Position numbers and translations under genes: made by a program. 64,000 nucleotides of DNA from Thermoanaerobaculia bacterium. GTDB taxonomy: Bacteria > Acidobacteriota > Thermoanaerobaculia > UBA5066. Shown here piece after piece: positions 40,667 through 48,932 of the stretch (position 1 is its first letter; each line of letters starts with the position of its first letter). The notes below the pieces were generated by a model that was given only the letters and a program-made list of their open reading frames with translations, had not been told where the DNA came from and searched no databases. The stretch spans positions 2,272,001 through 2,336,000 of the forward strand of contig CAVRAY010000001.1 in NCBI GenBank assembly GCA_963719225.1, read 5' to 3'.

Positions 40667-43431
40667 TTCCTGCCGCTCCGCTCCGCCGGCCAGTTCACGA
40701 CGAGGTCGAGCAGGGCATTGGGCTTCTGGCCCTCGCCGACGACGAGGAGGCGCTCGTGGTCGGCCGTCGGGGAGAAGCCCGGCGCCGCCGGGCTCGGGCC
40801 GGGGGCGCGCATGAGGGGCCGGCTCGCACCGACCTCGAGGCTCTCCCCCCGCGACTCGACGCTCACCGCCCGGACGATTCCGGACGTGTCGTGATACAGG
40901 ATTTCCTTGCCGTCGGCGCTCCAGAACGCGTACGCGCCCCCTTCGGTCGAGATCTGCCACTTCCGGCCGGCGCGCGGGAAGGAAGTGGCGTACACCTCCC
41001 AGCGGCCGGACTCGTCGGAGCTGTAGGGTAGCCACTTCCCGTCGGGCGAAAGCGGCGAGGCGACGAGGCTCGCTTTCGACTTGAGGACGACCTCCTGCGC
41101 GTGCGTGGCGTCGAGCGCGAGCGTCCGGATTTCCGCGCCCGGCGCATCGCCCCACTGGACGAACACGATCTTGCCTCCGTCCGGCGTCCAGGCCGACGCC
41201 TCCTTGTCGATGTCCGAGACGAGAAGGGGCTCCTCGTCTCCGGTGCCGTCGAGCGACTTGCGAAAGAGGTCCTCGTGGCCCTTTCGGACCGAGGAAAAGA
41301 CGATGGACCGCCCGTCCGGGGACCAGAGCGGCGACCGGTCGTTCGCGGGGTCGAACGTGAAGCGCGTCCTCACGCCGCGCGCCACGTCCACGATCCAGAT
41401 GTCGTAGGTGGACGTCGCGGCATCGAGGGCCGTCACGGCCGCGAGCTTGCCGTCGGGCGAAAGCACGGCGCCCTGATACTCGCCGGCCTCGCCAACGTAC
41501 TCGGCCGCCTTGCCATCGCGGGTGAACCACCGGAGCCGCGACGCGAGGTCCCCGCGCGCTCCCTGCGTCACGAGAACGCCGTTCTGCGACGCCGAGAAGC
41601 AGGCGATCGCCGTCTGGACCGACGGCATCACGATGCGGTCCACGAGAGGAGACGCCTCGCCCGTGAAAGTTCCATTCGCGTCGATCGGGCGCGCCATCAG
41701 CGTCGCGTCGCGCAGGTAGAGGAGATGGCCCGAGGCGAACTGGGGTGCGGCCGGAGAGCGCAGGAGGACCTTCTCGGCCCCCCCGTCGAGAGACGCGAGG
41801 ACGATCGGGAACCCTTCCGCGGCGGACGCCGCCGAGCGCGCAACGTAGAGGAACCGCTTCCCGTCGGGCAGGAACCGCGGGTGGCGGTGTGAGTTGTCGC
41901 CGCGCTTGAAGTCGATCTTCGTGACTTCGACCGAGTCCCCACCCTTTTCGGAGACCTTGAAGATCGATGTGTTCGCCGAGGGCGCGAAGAGGACGACGCC
42001 CACGGGGCTCCAGGCGCCACCCTTTCCTTCGGGCGCCGGGCAGAGCGTCAGCACCGACCCGTCCGCGACGCCGATCGTCTTCAGCTTCCCGGGCACGAAA
42101 AAGCCCAACGAGCGGCTGTCAGGCGACCAGAACGGGTACTGCGCGCCCTCGGTGTTCGGAAGCACCCGCGCTTCGGCGGCGTCCAGCGGGCGGACGTAGA
42201 GGTTCACCTTCCCGACGCCGTCCGCCGCCGAGAACGCGACGGATTTCCCGTCCGGCGAGACGATGGCCGGGCCAGGGGTGTTGGACTCGAGCCAGAAGCT
42301 CGTGCCCTCCGGAGGCGAGATTCGCGCGCGAACGACCGGCGCCCCCGGGGCGCGAGCGCGCAGCGCGAGTGCCCCAGCCGCGGCCGCGAACGCGGCCGCA
42401 ATCGCCCAGGGGAGAAAGAGGGAGAAAGACTTTTTGTTCCCTCGCTCCAGTCTCGTCCGTTCTGTGCTTGCTACAGCGGGGCTGGGCAACGCGGTCTTTT
42501 CTTCGAAGGGTAATGAGGAAGACGAGGTCGCCGCGCCGGCTGCGCTCAATTCCTCGAGGTCCAGCCTCGCATCGGCGATGTCGTGGAGGCGCTGCTTCGC
42601 GTCCCGCCTCAGGCACTTTCTGAGAATCTCCTTGACCTTCTCCGGTGTTCCCACCGGCAGCGCCTCCCAGTCCGGCTCACCTCTCAGGATCGCCGCGAGC
42701 GTGTCGGAGACGGTCTCGCCTTCGAAAGCGCGCTTGCCCGCGAGCATCTCGTAGAGAACGCAACCGAACGCCCAGACGTCCGTCCGCTTGTCGACCGTCT
42801 TTCCCCGCGCCTGCTCGGGGCTCATGTACGCCGCCGTCCCGAGGATCACGCCCGCCGCCGTCGCGCGCGCCGTCAGCGTCGGCGAATGCGTGACGCCCGC
42901 ACCCGACCCCGCGACCGAATCCCCCTCGAACATCTTCGCGAGGCCGAAGTCCAGGAGCTTCACGCGGCCCTCGGGCGTGACCTTCACGTTCGCGGGTTTC
43001 AGGTCCCGATGCACGATCGCCTTCTCGTGCGCGGACTCCAGCGCCTCGGCGATCTGACGGGCATATGAAAGAGATTCTTCGAGGGAAAGAGGGCCCGACG
43101 CGAGGCGCATTGCGAGGTCTTCTCCCTCGACCAGCTCCATCACGAGGAGATGCCGGGTCGACGGAGAGGAAGAGGAGGAAGAAGAGGGGATTTCTTCGAA
43201 TGCGTAAAGAACGGCGATTCCGGGATGATTCAGGCTCGCGAGCATCCGAGCTTCGCGCTCGAACCTCTGCCGCCTCTCTTCACCTTCGAAGAATTCTTCC
43301 GGCAAGACCTTCAGTGCCACCGCCCGATCGATGCGAACGTCCTTCGCCCGATAGACCTCTCCCATCCCTCCCGCGCCCAAGGGGTCGGTGATCTCGTAAG
43401 AGCCGAGCCTCGTCCCCGTCGCGAACGTCAC
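40663..43431 (-). CDS. K8: Ser/Thr kinase-TM-beta-propeller receptor (922 aa)
   Basis: GTG start (TFATGTRLG) at 43431. HRDLKPAN, DFG, SPDG repeats. Confidence 0.95.
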   Translation of the reverse strand: MTFATGTRLGSYEITDPLGAGGMGEVYRAKDVRIDRAVALKVLPEEFFEGEERRQRFEREARMLASLNHPGIAVLYAFEEIPSSSSSSSPSTRHLLVMELVEGEDLAMRLASGPLSLEESLSYARQIAEALESAHEKAIVHRDLKPANVKVTPEGRVKLLDFGLAKMFEGDSVAGSGAGVTHSPTLTARATAAGVILGTAAYMSPEQARGKTVDKRTDVWAFGCVLYEMLAGKRAFEGETVSDTLAAILRGEPDWEALPVGTPEKVKEILRKCLRRDAKQRLHDIADARLDLEELSAAGAATSSSSLPFEEKTALPSPAVASTERTRLERGNKKSFSLFLPWAIAAAFAAAAGALALRARAPGAPVVRARISPPEGTSFWLESNTPGPAIVSPDGKSVAFSAADGVGKVNLYVRPLDAAEARVLPNTEGAQYPFWSPDSRSLGFFVPGKLKTIGVADGSVLTLCPAPEGKGGAWSPVGVVLFAPSANTSIFKVSEKGGDSVEVTKIDFKRGDNSHRHPRFLPDGKRFLYVARSAASAAEGFPIVLASLDGGAEKVLLRSPAAPQFASGHLLYLRDATLMARPIDANGTFTGEASPLVDRIVMPSVQTAIACFSASQNGVLVTQGARGDLASRLRWFTRDGKAAEYVGEAGEYQGAVLSPDGKLAAVTALDAATSTYDIWIVDVARGVRTRFTFDPANDRSPLWSPDGRSIVFSSVRKGHEDLFRKSLDGTGDEEPLLVSDIDKEASAWTPDGGKIVFVQWGDAPGAEIRTLALDATHAQEVVLKSKASLVASPLSPDGKWLPYSSDESGRWEVYATSFPRAGRKWQISTEGGAYAFWSADGKEILYHDTSGIVRAVSVESRGESLEVGASRPLMRAPGPSPAAPGFSPTADHERLLVVGEGQKPNALLDLVVNWPAERSGRK
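43189..43298. repeat. Box I/box II pair, copy in K8
   Basis: GATTTCTTCGAATG at 43189 and CTCTTCACCTTCGAAGAATTCTT at 43276. Confidence 0.85.
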
Positions 43432-45086
43432 TTCGCGTCGTCCTTCAGCCCCAGCATCTCCCACCGCTGGAGGGAGAGCGGGACGTTCCCATTCTTGTAG
43501 ACGAAGTCGTGGAACGCGCGCAGCCGGAACGAGTCGCCCTGCGCCTTCTTCGCTTCGGCGAGGAGCCGCAAAACCTGGAGCTTCCCGATCTGGTACGTGA
43601 TCGCCTGTCCGGGCGACGACGCGAACGCCGCCGCCTCGGCTCGCGCGGTTTCGGCATCCATCGGGACTGCGGTCCTGAGGTACTCGGCCGCTTGTGGGAT
43701 CGTGAACGTCCCGAGCGCGAGCCTGACGTCCACCTCGACGCGCAGAGCCCTCAGGCGCATGTAGTTCGCGACCATCTCGCGTGTCTTCGGCGCGTCCGCG
43801 TAGAGGCCGGTCGAGAGGAGCAGCTCCTCGGAGTAGAACGCGAGGCCCTCGATCGGGCCGGAGTCGTAGAACGCTCGGCGGATCTCGTCCTCGTGCCGCG
43901 ACGCGAGCGCGAGCTGGAACGCGTGCCCCGGGATCCCCTCGTGCGACATGTGCGGACGCCGGTCCTTCGCCATCGAACCCGCGAAGTAGCCGAGCTTCGC
44001 GGACGGCTTCGGGATCCAGCGGATCGAGGGCTCGCCCGGCCGCGCCGTGTTCGCGAAAAGAGTCCACTCGCCGAAGCCGTCCAGCGCCTCGAGGTACGGC
44101 GGCACGGGCAGGTCGACGTAGCGCGGAAGGTCTGCGGGCACGCTCGCGATCCCCTTCTCCTCGAGGAACCGCCGGATCTCGGCCTCGGCGCGTGCCGTCA
44201 TCGCCGACTGGGCGGCCTGGTTCGGGACCATCGCGAGCTCGGGCGCGCCCGTGTTGCGCTGGCGCTCGTAGACCTCGAGCGCAACGGAGCGGTCGTACTC
44301 CTGCCGGCCCATGAGGAGCAGCTCCTCCGGCGTGAACGGTACGAGAGCGACCTCGCGGAGGAAGAAGAGATAGCCGTCGCGGCCGACCGGCTTCCGGTCC
44401 GACAGCAGCGGCAGACGGGCCTCGAGCCAGACCCTGAAGGACTCCAGCGCCGCGATCGCGCTTTCCGTTGCCGGGCCGACGCGCGCGCGCGCGTCCGGAG
44501 CGAGAAATGGGGAGAGCGCCGCCATGGACGCCTTCAGCTTCAAGCCGATCCTCTGCAGATCCTCGATCGCGAGCTTCGTGAACGGCGCGGCGGCTTCGTG
44601 GAGCATGGCTTGCGCCTGATCCAGCGTGCGCGGGATCGACTCCAGCCGCACCGCGAGGTCCGTGCTGCGCGCCTCGTCGAAGGGTGGCGGCGACAGCATC
44701 GCGTCCACGAGAACCGGCAGCGTCTGGTCCACCCAGAACGTCGGGTCGCGCCGCCACGAGCGCTTGACGTCCAGCTCCCAGCGCACGCGCGCGAGAGCCG
44801 AGCCGATCAGGCGCCGATCCACTTGCCACGGGACCGGACGCGACGGATCGGCGAGCGCCTTCAGGCGTTCCTCGAAGAGGACGAGCGTCCGGCGCCGGGT
44901 CTCGATGGAGTCCGCCGACCAGTCGGGCGCCCAGCCGTGCGGCCGGACGACTCGCGCCACGTCGTCGCGGTCCATCGGCTTCGTGACCGCGCGCCAGGAC
45001 CAGAAGTCGCGGGAAAGCGTCAGGAGGTCGTCGGCCGCGGCCGGGCACGCGAAGGACAGCACGAGTGCGATCGCGACGGATCTCAT
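43428..45086 (-). CDS. Exported DUF885 family protein
   Basis: Signal peptide MRSVAIALVLSFACPAAA, HEGIPGH.FQL, EG.AFYSEE, PGQAITYQIGK, LR.FHD. Confidence 0.85.
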   Translation of the reverse strand: MRSVAIALVLSFACPAAADDLLTLSRDFWSWRAVTKPMDRDDVARVVRPHGWAPDWSADSIETRRRTLVLFEERLKALADPSRPVPWQVDRRLIGSALARVRWELDVKRSWRRDPTFWVDQTLPVLVDAMLSPPPFDEARSTDLAVRLESIPRTLDQAQAMLHEAAAPFTKLAIEDLQRIGLKLKASMAALSPFLAPDARARVGPATESAIAALESFRVWLEARLPLLSDRKPVGRDGYLFFLREVALVPFTPEELLLMGRQEYDRSVALEVYERQRNTGAPELAMVPNQAAQSAMTARAEAEIRRFLEEKGIASVPADLPRYVDLPVPPYLEALDGFGEWTLFANTARPGEPSIRWIPKPSAKLGYFAGSMAKDRRPHMSHEGIPGHAFQLALASRHEDEIRRAFYDSGPIEGLAFYSEELLLSTGLYADAPKTREMVANYMRLRALRVEVDVRLALGTFTIPQAAEYLRTAVPMDAETARAEAAAFASSPGQAITYQIGKLQVLRLLAEAKKAQGDSFRLRAFHDFVYKNGNVPLSLQRWEMLGLKDDAK

Positions 45087-47893
45087 TTCGTCTTCACCGT
45101 CACGGCCCAGTTCTGGACGAGGGTCAGCGGCGTCGAGGCCTTCTCGGTGACGACCGCGTTCACGATGAACTTCTGCCCGTCCGGGAACGGGTCGTACTGG
45201 GGGATGTTCGTCCGCCGACTCTGCAGCGTGAACAGCTCGTGCGGCGTGCCTTTCTCGAACGCCGCTCCGGTCTTCACACTCACCGAGGTGAGGCGGAATC
45301 CTTCCGCGAGGTAGAAGAGCTCGCGTCCGTCGCGGCTCCACCTCGGCTGGGAGCCTCCTCCCGCGGAGATTTGCCATTTCCCCCCGGCGCCGCTCGACGG
45401 CCGGACGTAGACCTCCTGCCTCCCGGTCTCGTTGGACATGTACGCGACCCAGAGACCGTCTCGGGAGAAGGCCGCGTCGCGTTCCGAAGCCGGCGTGCGC
45501 AGGAACTCGCGAGCCTTGCCGTCGGCGGCGGAGAGCAGCCAGATGTCGTCCGCCATCTCCGCCGTCGAGCCGTTGTAGACGATGAACCGTCCGTCGGGAG
45601 TCCAGTCCGTCAGAAACTTGGATCCGGGGGAAAGGAAGGCGTCCGCCGGCGAGGAGACGGGCGCCGAACCTGTCGGCGCCGCCCGGGCGACGATCCGCTC
45701 CTCGTCGCCGCCCACGAGGGTCTTCTCGAAGATGAACCACAGGCCCTTCCGGAAGGAGCCGAACGCAAAGCGCCTCCCGTCCGGAGAGAAAACGGGCGTG
45801 TAGTCGTCACCGGGATCGAACGTCCGTCGTACTGGTTGCTCCGCACCGACCGCGTCGAACGTCCAGATGTCGCGATTGCTGCTCACGGGGTCGATCAATT
45901 CCGTGACGACGAGCCTTCCATCCGGCGACACGCGCGGAGTCCAGTAGTTCCCGACGTCTCCCAGCGTGCGAAGGACCTTTCCGGCGCGGTCGTAAACCGC
46001 AAGTCGGGAGTTTCCGATCGTCCCCCCCGCGGCGTAGGCGAGGAGGCCTCCCGCGGAGGCGGTGAAGATGCCGGTTCCGCCGTCCGCGAGGTACTGGACG
46101 CGCGGCACCAGGACGATCGGATCGCCGGTCGTCTCGAGCCGGCCGGCGTCGAACGCCTGCGCCATGAGACTCCCGTTCCACGAATAGAGGAGGTGGCCGG
46201 GGACGTAGATCGCGCGGGTCGCGGCCCTGACGAGCAACTTCCTTTCCTTGTGGCCGACGGCCTGGACATAGAGCTCGCTCTCGTTCCGCCGCGTCTCCCG
46301 GTCGACGCGCTGGACGATGTAGAGAAAATGCACCCCGTCCGGAAGAAACTGCGGCCACTGGTGGGAGCTCTCTCCACGCGTCTCGTCCACCGTCGTGACC
46401 TGCACGCGCTCTTTTCGTCCCGGCATGATTCTGAAGATCGCGTTGAGCAGCGCCGGCGAATAAAGGATCGTGCCGTCCGGGCCCCACGCGGCTCCGCGGC
46501 CGGGACCGCTCGCCGCGATGAACTCGACCGCGCCGCCCGAAGAGGGAATGGCCGCGAGGCCCGTCGCCTGGCCCATGAAGCCGATCATCCGGCCGTCCGA
46601 TGACCAGAACACGTTCCGCACGGCCTCCGTGCCGGGAAGCAGAAGCGACTCGCCGGACGCGAGGGACCTCACGCAAAGCTGGTTCTTCTTTCCGTCCGTG
46701 ACGAGGAACGCGAGCCGCGAGCCGTCCGGCGAGAGGACGGGGGGACCGCCGAGAAGGTCGAATGTCCAGCCTTCCGGCGGCAGGAGCGACGCCGTCAGGC
46801 TCGACGCCGCCGGCGACTGCGGGGCGCGAGCGCGCAGCGCGAGCGCCCCCGCCGCGGCCGCGCACGCGGCCGCAATCGCCCAGGGCAGAAAGATAGAGAG
46901 AGAGGTTTTGCTCCTCCTCTCACGACTCGCTCGTTCCGCGCTTGCTACAGTGGGGCTGGGCACGGCTGCATTTGCTTCGAAGGGTAATTGGCCGGATATG
47001 CCAGCCGTCGCGGCCGTCTCCTCCTCGAGGGCGATGCGCGCGTCCCCGATGTCCCGCAGGCGCTGCTTGGCGTCGCGCTGAAGGCACCTGCGCAGCAGCT
47101 CTTTCACCTTCGAGGAAATCGGCGCGCGAAGCGCGCTCCAGTCCGGCTCTTTCATGAGGATCGCCGCCAGCGTGTCGCTCACGGTCTCCCCTTCGAAGGC
47201 CCTCTTCCCGGTCAGCATCTCGAAGAACACACACCCGAACGCCCAGACGTCCGTCCGCTTGTCGACGGGCTTTCCGCGCGCCTGCTCGGGACTCATGTAC
47301 GCCGCCGTCCCCAGGATCACCCCCGCCGCCGTCGCCCGCGCCGTGAGTGTCGGCGAGTGCGTCACGCCCGCGGAGGACGCGGAGGTTCCGTCCCCTTCGA
47401 AGATCTTCGCGAGACCGAAGTCCAGGAGCTTCACGCGCCCTTCGGGTGTGACCTTCACGTTCGCGGGTTTCAGGTCCCGGTGCACGATTCCCTTCTCGTG
47501 CGCGGCCTCCAGCGCCTCGGCGATCTGCTTCGCAAGAGAAAGCGATTCTTCGAGTGGAAGAGGGCCCGACGCGAGGCGCACCGCGAGATCTTCCCCCTCG
47601 ACCAGCTCCATGACGAGGAGATGGCGGGACGATGAAGAAGAGGAAGAGGGGATTTCTTCGAATGAGTAGATCGACGCGATCCCCGGATGATTCAGGCTCG
47701 CCAGGGCGCGCGCTTCCCTTTCGAAACGCGTCCTTCTCTCTTCACCTTCAAAGAATTCTTCCGGCAAGACCTTGACCGCGACATCACGATTGAGGCGAGG
47801 GTCCTTCGCCCGATAGACCTCTCCCATTCCCCCAGCACCGAGAGGCGCAAGAATTTCGTACGGTCCGAGTCGGACGCCAGAAGCAATCGTCAC
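45083..47893 (-). CDS. K9: Ser/Thr kinase-TM-beta-propeller receptor, first gene of the array
   Basis: Kinase motifs, TM and SPDG repeats. 936 aa. Confidence 0.95.
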   Translation of the reverse strand: MTIASGVRLGPYEILAPLGAGGMGEVYRAKDPRLNRDVAVKVLPEEFFEGEERRTRFEREARALASLNHPGIASIYSFEEIPSSSSSSSRHLLVMELVEGEDLAVRLASGPLPLEESLSLAKQIAEALEAAHEKGIVHRDLKPANVKVTPEGRVKLLDFGLAKIFEGDGTSASSAGVTHSPTLTARATAAGVILGTAAYMSPEQARGKPVDKRTDVWAFGCVFFEMLTGKRAFEGETVSDTLAAILMKEPDWSALRAPISSKVKELLRRCLQRDAKQRLRDIGDARIALEEETAATAGISGQLPFEANAAVPSPTVASAERASRERRSKTSLSIFLPWAIAAACAAAAGALALRARAPQSPAASSLTASLLPPEGWTFDLLGGPPVLSPDGSRLAFLVTDGKKNQLCVRSLASGESLLLPGTEAVRNVFWSSDGRMIGFMGQATGLAAIPSSGGAVEFIAASGPGRGAAWGPDGTILYSPALLNAIFRIMPGRKERVQVTTVDETRGESSHQWPQFLPDGVHFLYIVQRVDRETRRNESELYVQAVGHKERKLLVRAATRAIYVPGHLLYSWNGSLMAQAFDAGRLETTGDPIVLVPRVQYLADGGTGIFTASAGGLLAYAAGGTIGNSRLAVYDRAGKVLRTLGDVGNYWTPRVSPDGRLVVTELIDPVSSNRDIWTFDAVGAEQPVRRTFDPGDDYTPVFSPDGRRFAFGSFRKGLWFIFEKTLVGGDEERIVARAAPTGSAPVSSPADAFLSPGSKFLTDWTPDGRFIVYNGSTAEMADDIWLLSAADGKAREFLRTPASERDAAFSRDGLWVAYMSNETGRQEVYVRPSSGAGGKWQISAGGGSQPRWSRDGRELFYLAEGFRLTSVSVKTGAAFEKGTPHELFTLQSRRTNIPQYDPFPDGQKFIVNAVVTEKASTPLTLVQNWAVTVKTK
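47651..47760. repeat. Box I/box II pair, copy in K9
   Basis: GATTTCTTCGAATG at 47651 and CTCTTCACCTTCAAAGAATTCTT at 47738. Confidence 0.85.
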
Positions 47894-47905
47894 GTGTTTG
47901 ACCGG

Positions 47906-47911
47906 ATTCTA
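47906..47911 (-). promoter_or_regulatory. Candidate -10 element (TAGAAT) for the kinase array, near-leaderless
   Basis: TAGAAT lies 12 nt upstream of the K9 GTG. No SD and no clear -35. Confidence 0.35.
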
Positions 47912-47958
47912 GCCGCGAATGTGAAGGAGGGTATGCGCTTTGCACGAATTTCCGCGCG

Positions 47959-48909
47959 ATGGAGGACTATATGGAAGAAATGACAAGGACGACGAGAAGG
48001 TCGAGCGGAATTCGCACGATGGTGGTCGCGAGCGCGGTCGGCGTGATGCTCGCAACCGGGGGCTGCGCGTACAAGGAGCGCGACCAGCTCCGCGCCGAAA
48101 AGGTGCAGCTCACAGCCGAGAAGCAAAAGCTCTCGGATCAGCTGCAATCGATCCAGTCCCAATCGGCCGACGCGAACGCGACGCTGGACGAGGTGCAGAA
48201 GAGCCTGGAAGAAATCCGCGCCAAGGAGCTGAAGGTCATCCAGTCCTCGATCCGGGTGGCCCAGGAAGGACAGGGAAAAACTGCCGGACGTGAGCGGCTC
48301 GAGGCCGAGCTCCAGATGATCCGGGACGCCGTCCACAAAAACCTGGCGAAGCTCGCGCGCCTCGAAAAGGCGAACAAGGCGAGCGGCATCCGTGTCGCAT
48401 CGCTCGAGAAGCTCGGCGAGGAGCTCAAGAAGTCGCTCGAGGAGAAGGCGGCGACGGTCGCCGAGCTCGAGAGAAGGGTCGGGGACCTCTCCAAGACGGT
48501 CCAGACGCAGGCGACGAGCATCGCGGAGAAGGAAGAGACAATTCACAAGGGAGAGACCGAAGTCGCACAGAAGACCAAGGAGCTCAACACCGCGTACGTG
48601 GCGGTCGCCTCCAAGAACGTCCTGCAGAAGAAGGGTGTCGTCGAGAAGAGGGGCTCCATCGCCGGTCTCGGCGGCCGGTGGATCGAGACCGGCAAGTTCG
48701 ATCCCGAGGTCTTCCGCGAGATCGACGTCACGAAGGAGATGGAGGTCGCGATCCCCGCGCCCGCTTCGAAGGTGCAGGTCGTGACCGCGCAGCCGAAAGA
48801 GAGCTACGAGATCGTGGACGGCGGCCCGACCGGCTCGAGGCTCGCCGTGAAGGATCCCTCCGCGTTCTGGAAAGGCGACCGGTATCTCGTCGTGATGATT
48901 CCCAACTGA
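47959..48909 (+). CDS. Coiled-coil lipoprotein of unknown function
   Basis: Lipobox-like LATGGC, long heptad region, C-terminal ..I/V.DP..FW....YLVV motif. Start may be downstream (47980). Confidence 0.8.
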   Translation: MEDYMEEMTRTTRRSSGIRTMVVASAVGVMLATGGCAYKERDQLRAEKVQLTAEKQKLSDQLQSIQSQSADANATLDEVQKSLEEIRAKELKVIQSSIRVAQEGQGKTAGRERLEAELQMIRDAVHKNLAKLARLEKANKASGIRVASLEKLGEELKKSLEEKAATVAELERRVGDLSKTVQTQATSIAEKEETIHKGETEVAQKTKELNTAYVAVASKNVLQKKGVVEKRGSIAGLGGRWIETGKFDPEVFREIDVTKEMEVAIPAPASKVQVVTAQPKESYEIVDGGPTGSRLAVKDPSAFWKGDRYLVVMIPN

Positions 48910-48932
48910 GCTCTGGTCATCCGACGGAATCG

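Noticed and set aside
18737-45740. Very long ORF-track entries (1586, 1084, 1428, 1288, 488, 1461 and 770 aa) suggesting giant fusion proteins
   Set aside because: Their N-terminal parts are Arg/Gly/Pro-rich off-frame read-through of the upstream gene. The likely starts are at the stop/start overlaps.
18752-47669. Long plus-strand ORFs antisense to the kinases and helicase, several ending GDFFE*
   Set aside because: These are typical high-GC shadow ORFs with no recognisable domains. The shared end merely reflects box I.
23917-47760. Regularly recurring boxes as a CRISPR-like array
   Set aside because: The copies are kilobases apart inside coding sequence, with no spacers and no cas genes.
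21328-47893. Diversity-generating retroelement, shufflon or integron explanation for the array
   Set aside because: No reverse transcriptase, recombinase or integrase is present in the window. No TR/VR pair differing only at adenines was seen, all genes share one orientation, and the boxes lack the attC RYYYAAC/GTTRRRY cores. A trans-acting enzyme elsewhere cannot be excluded.
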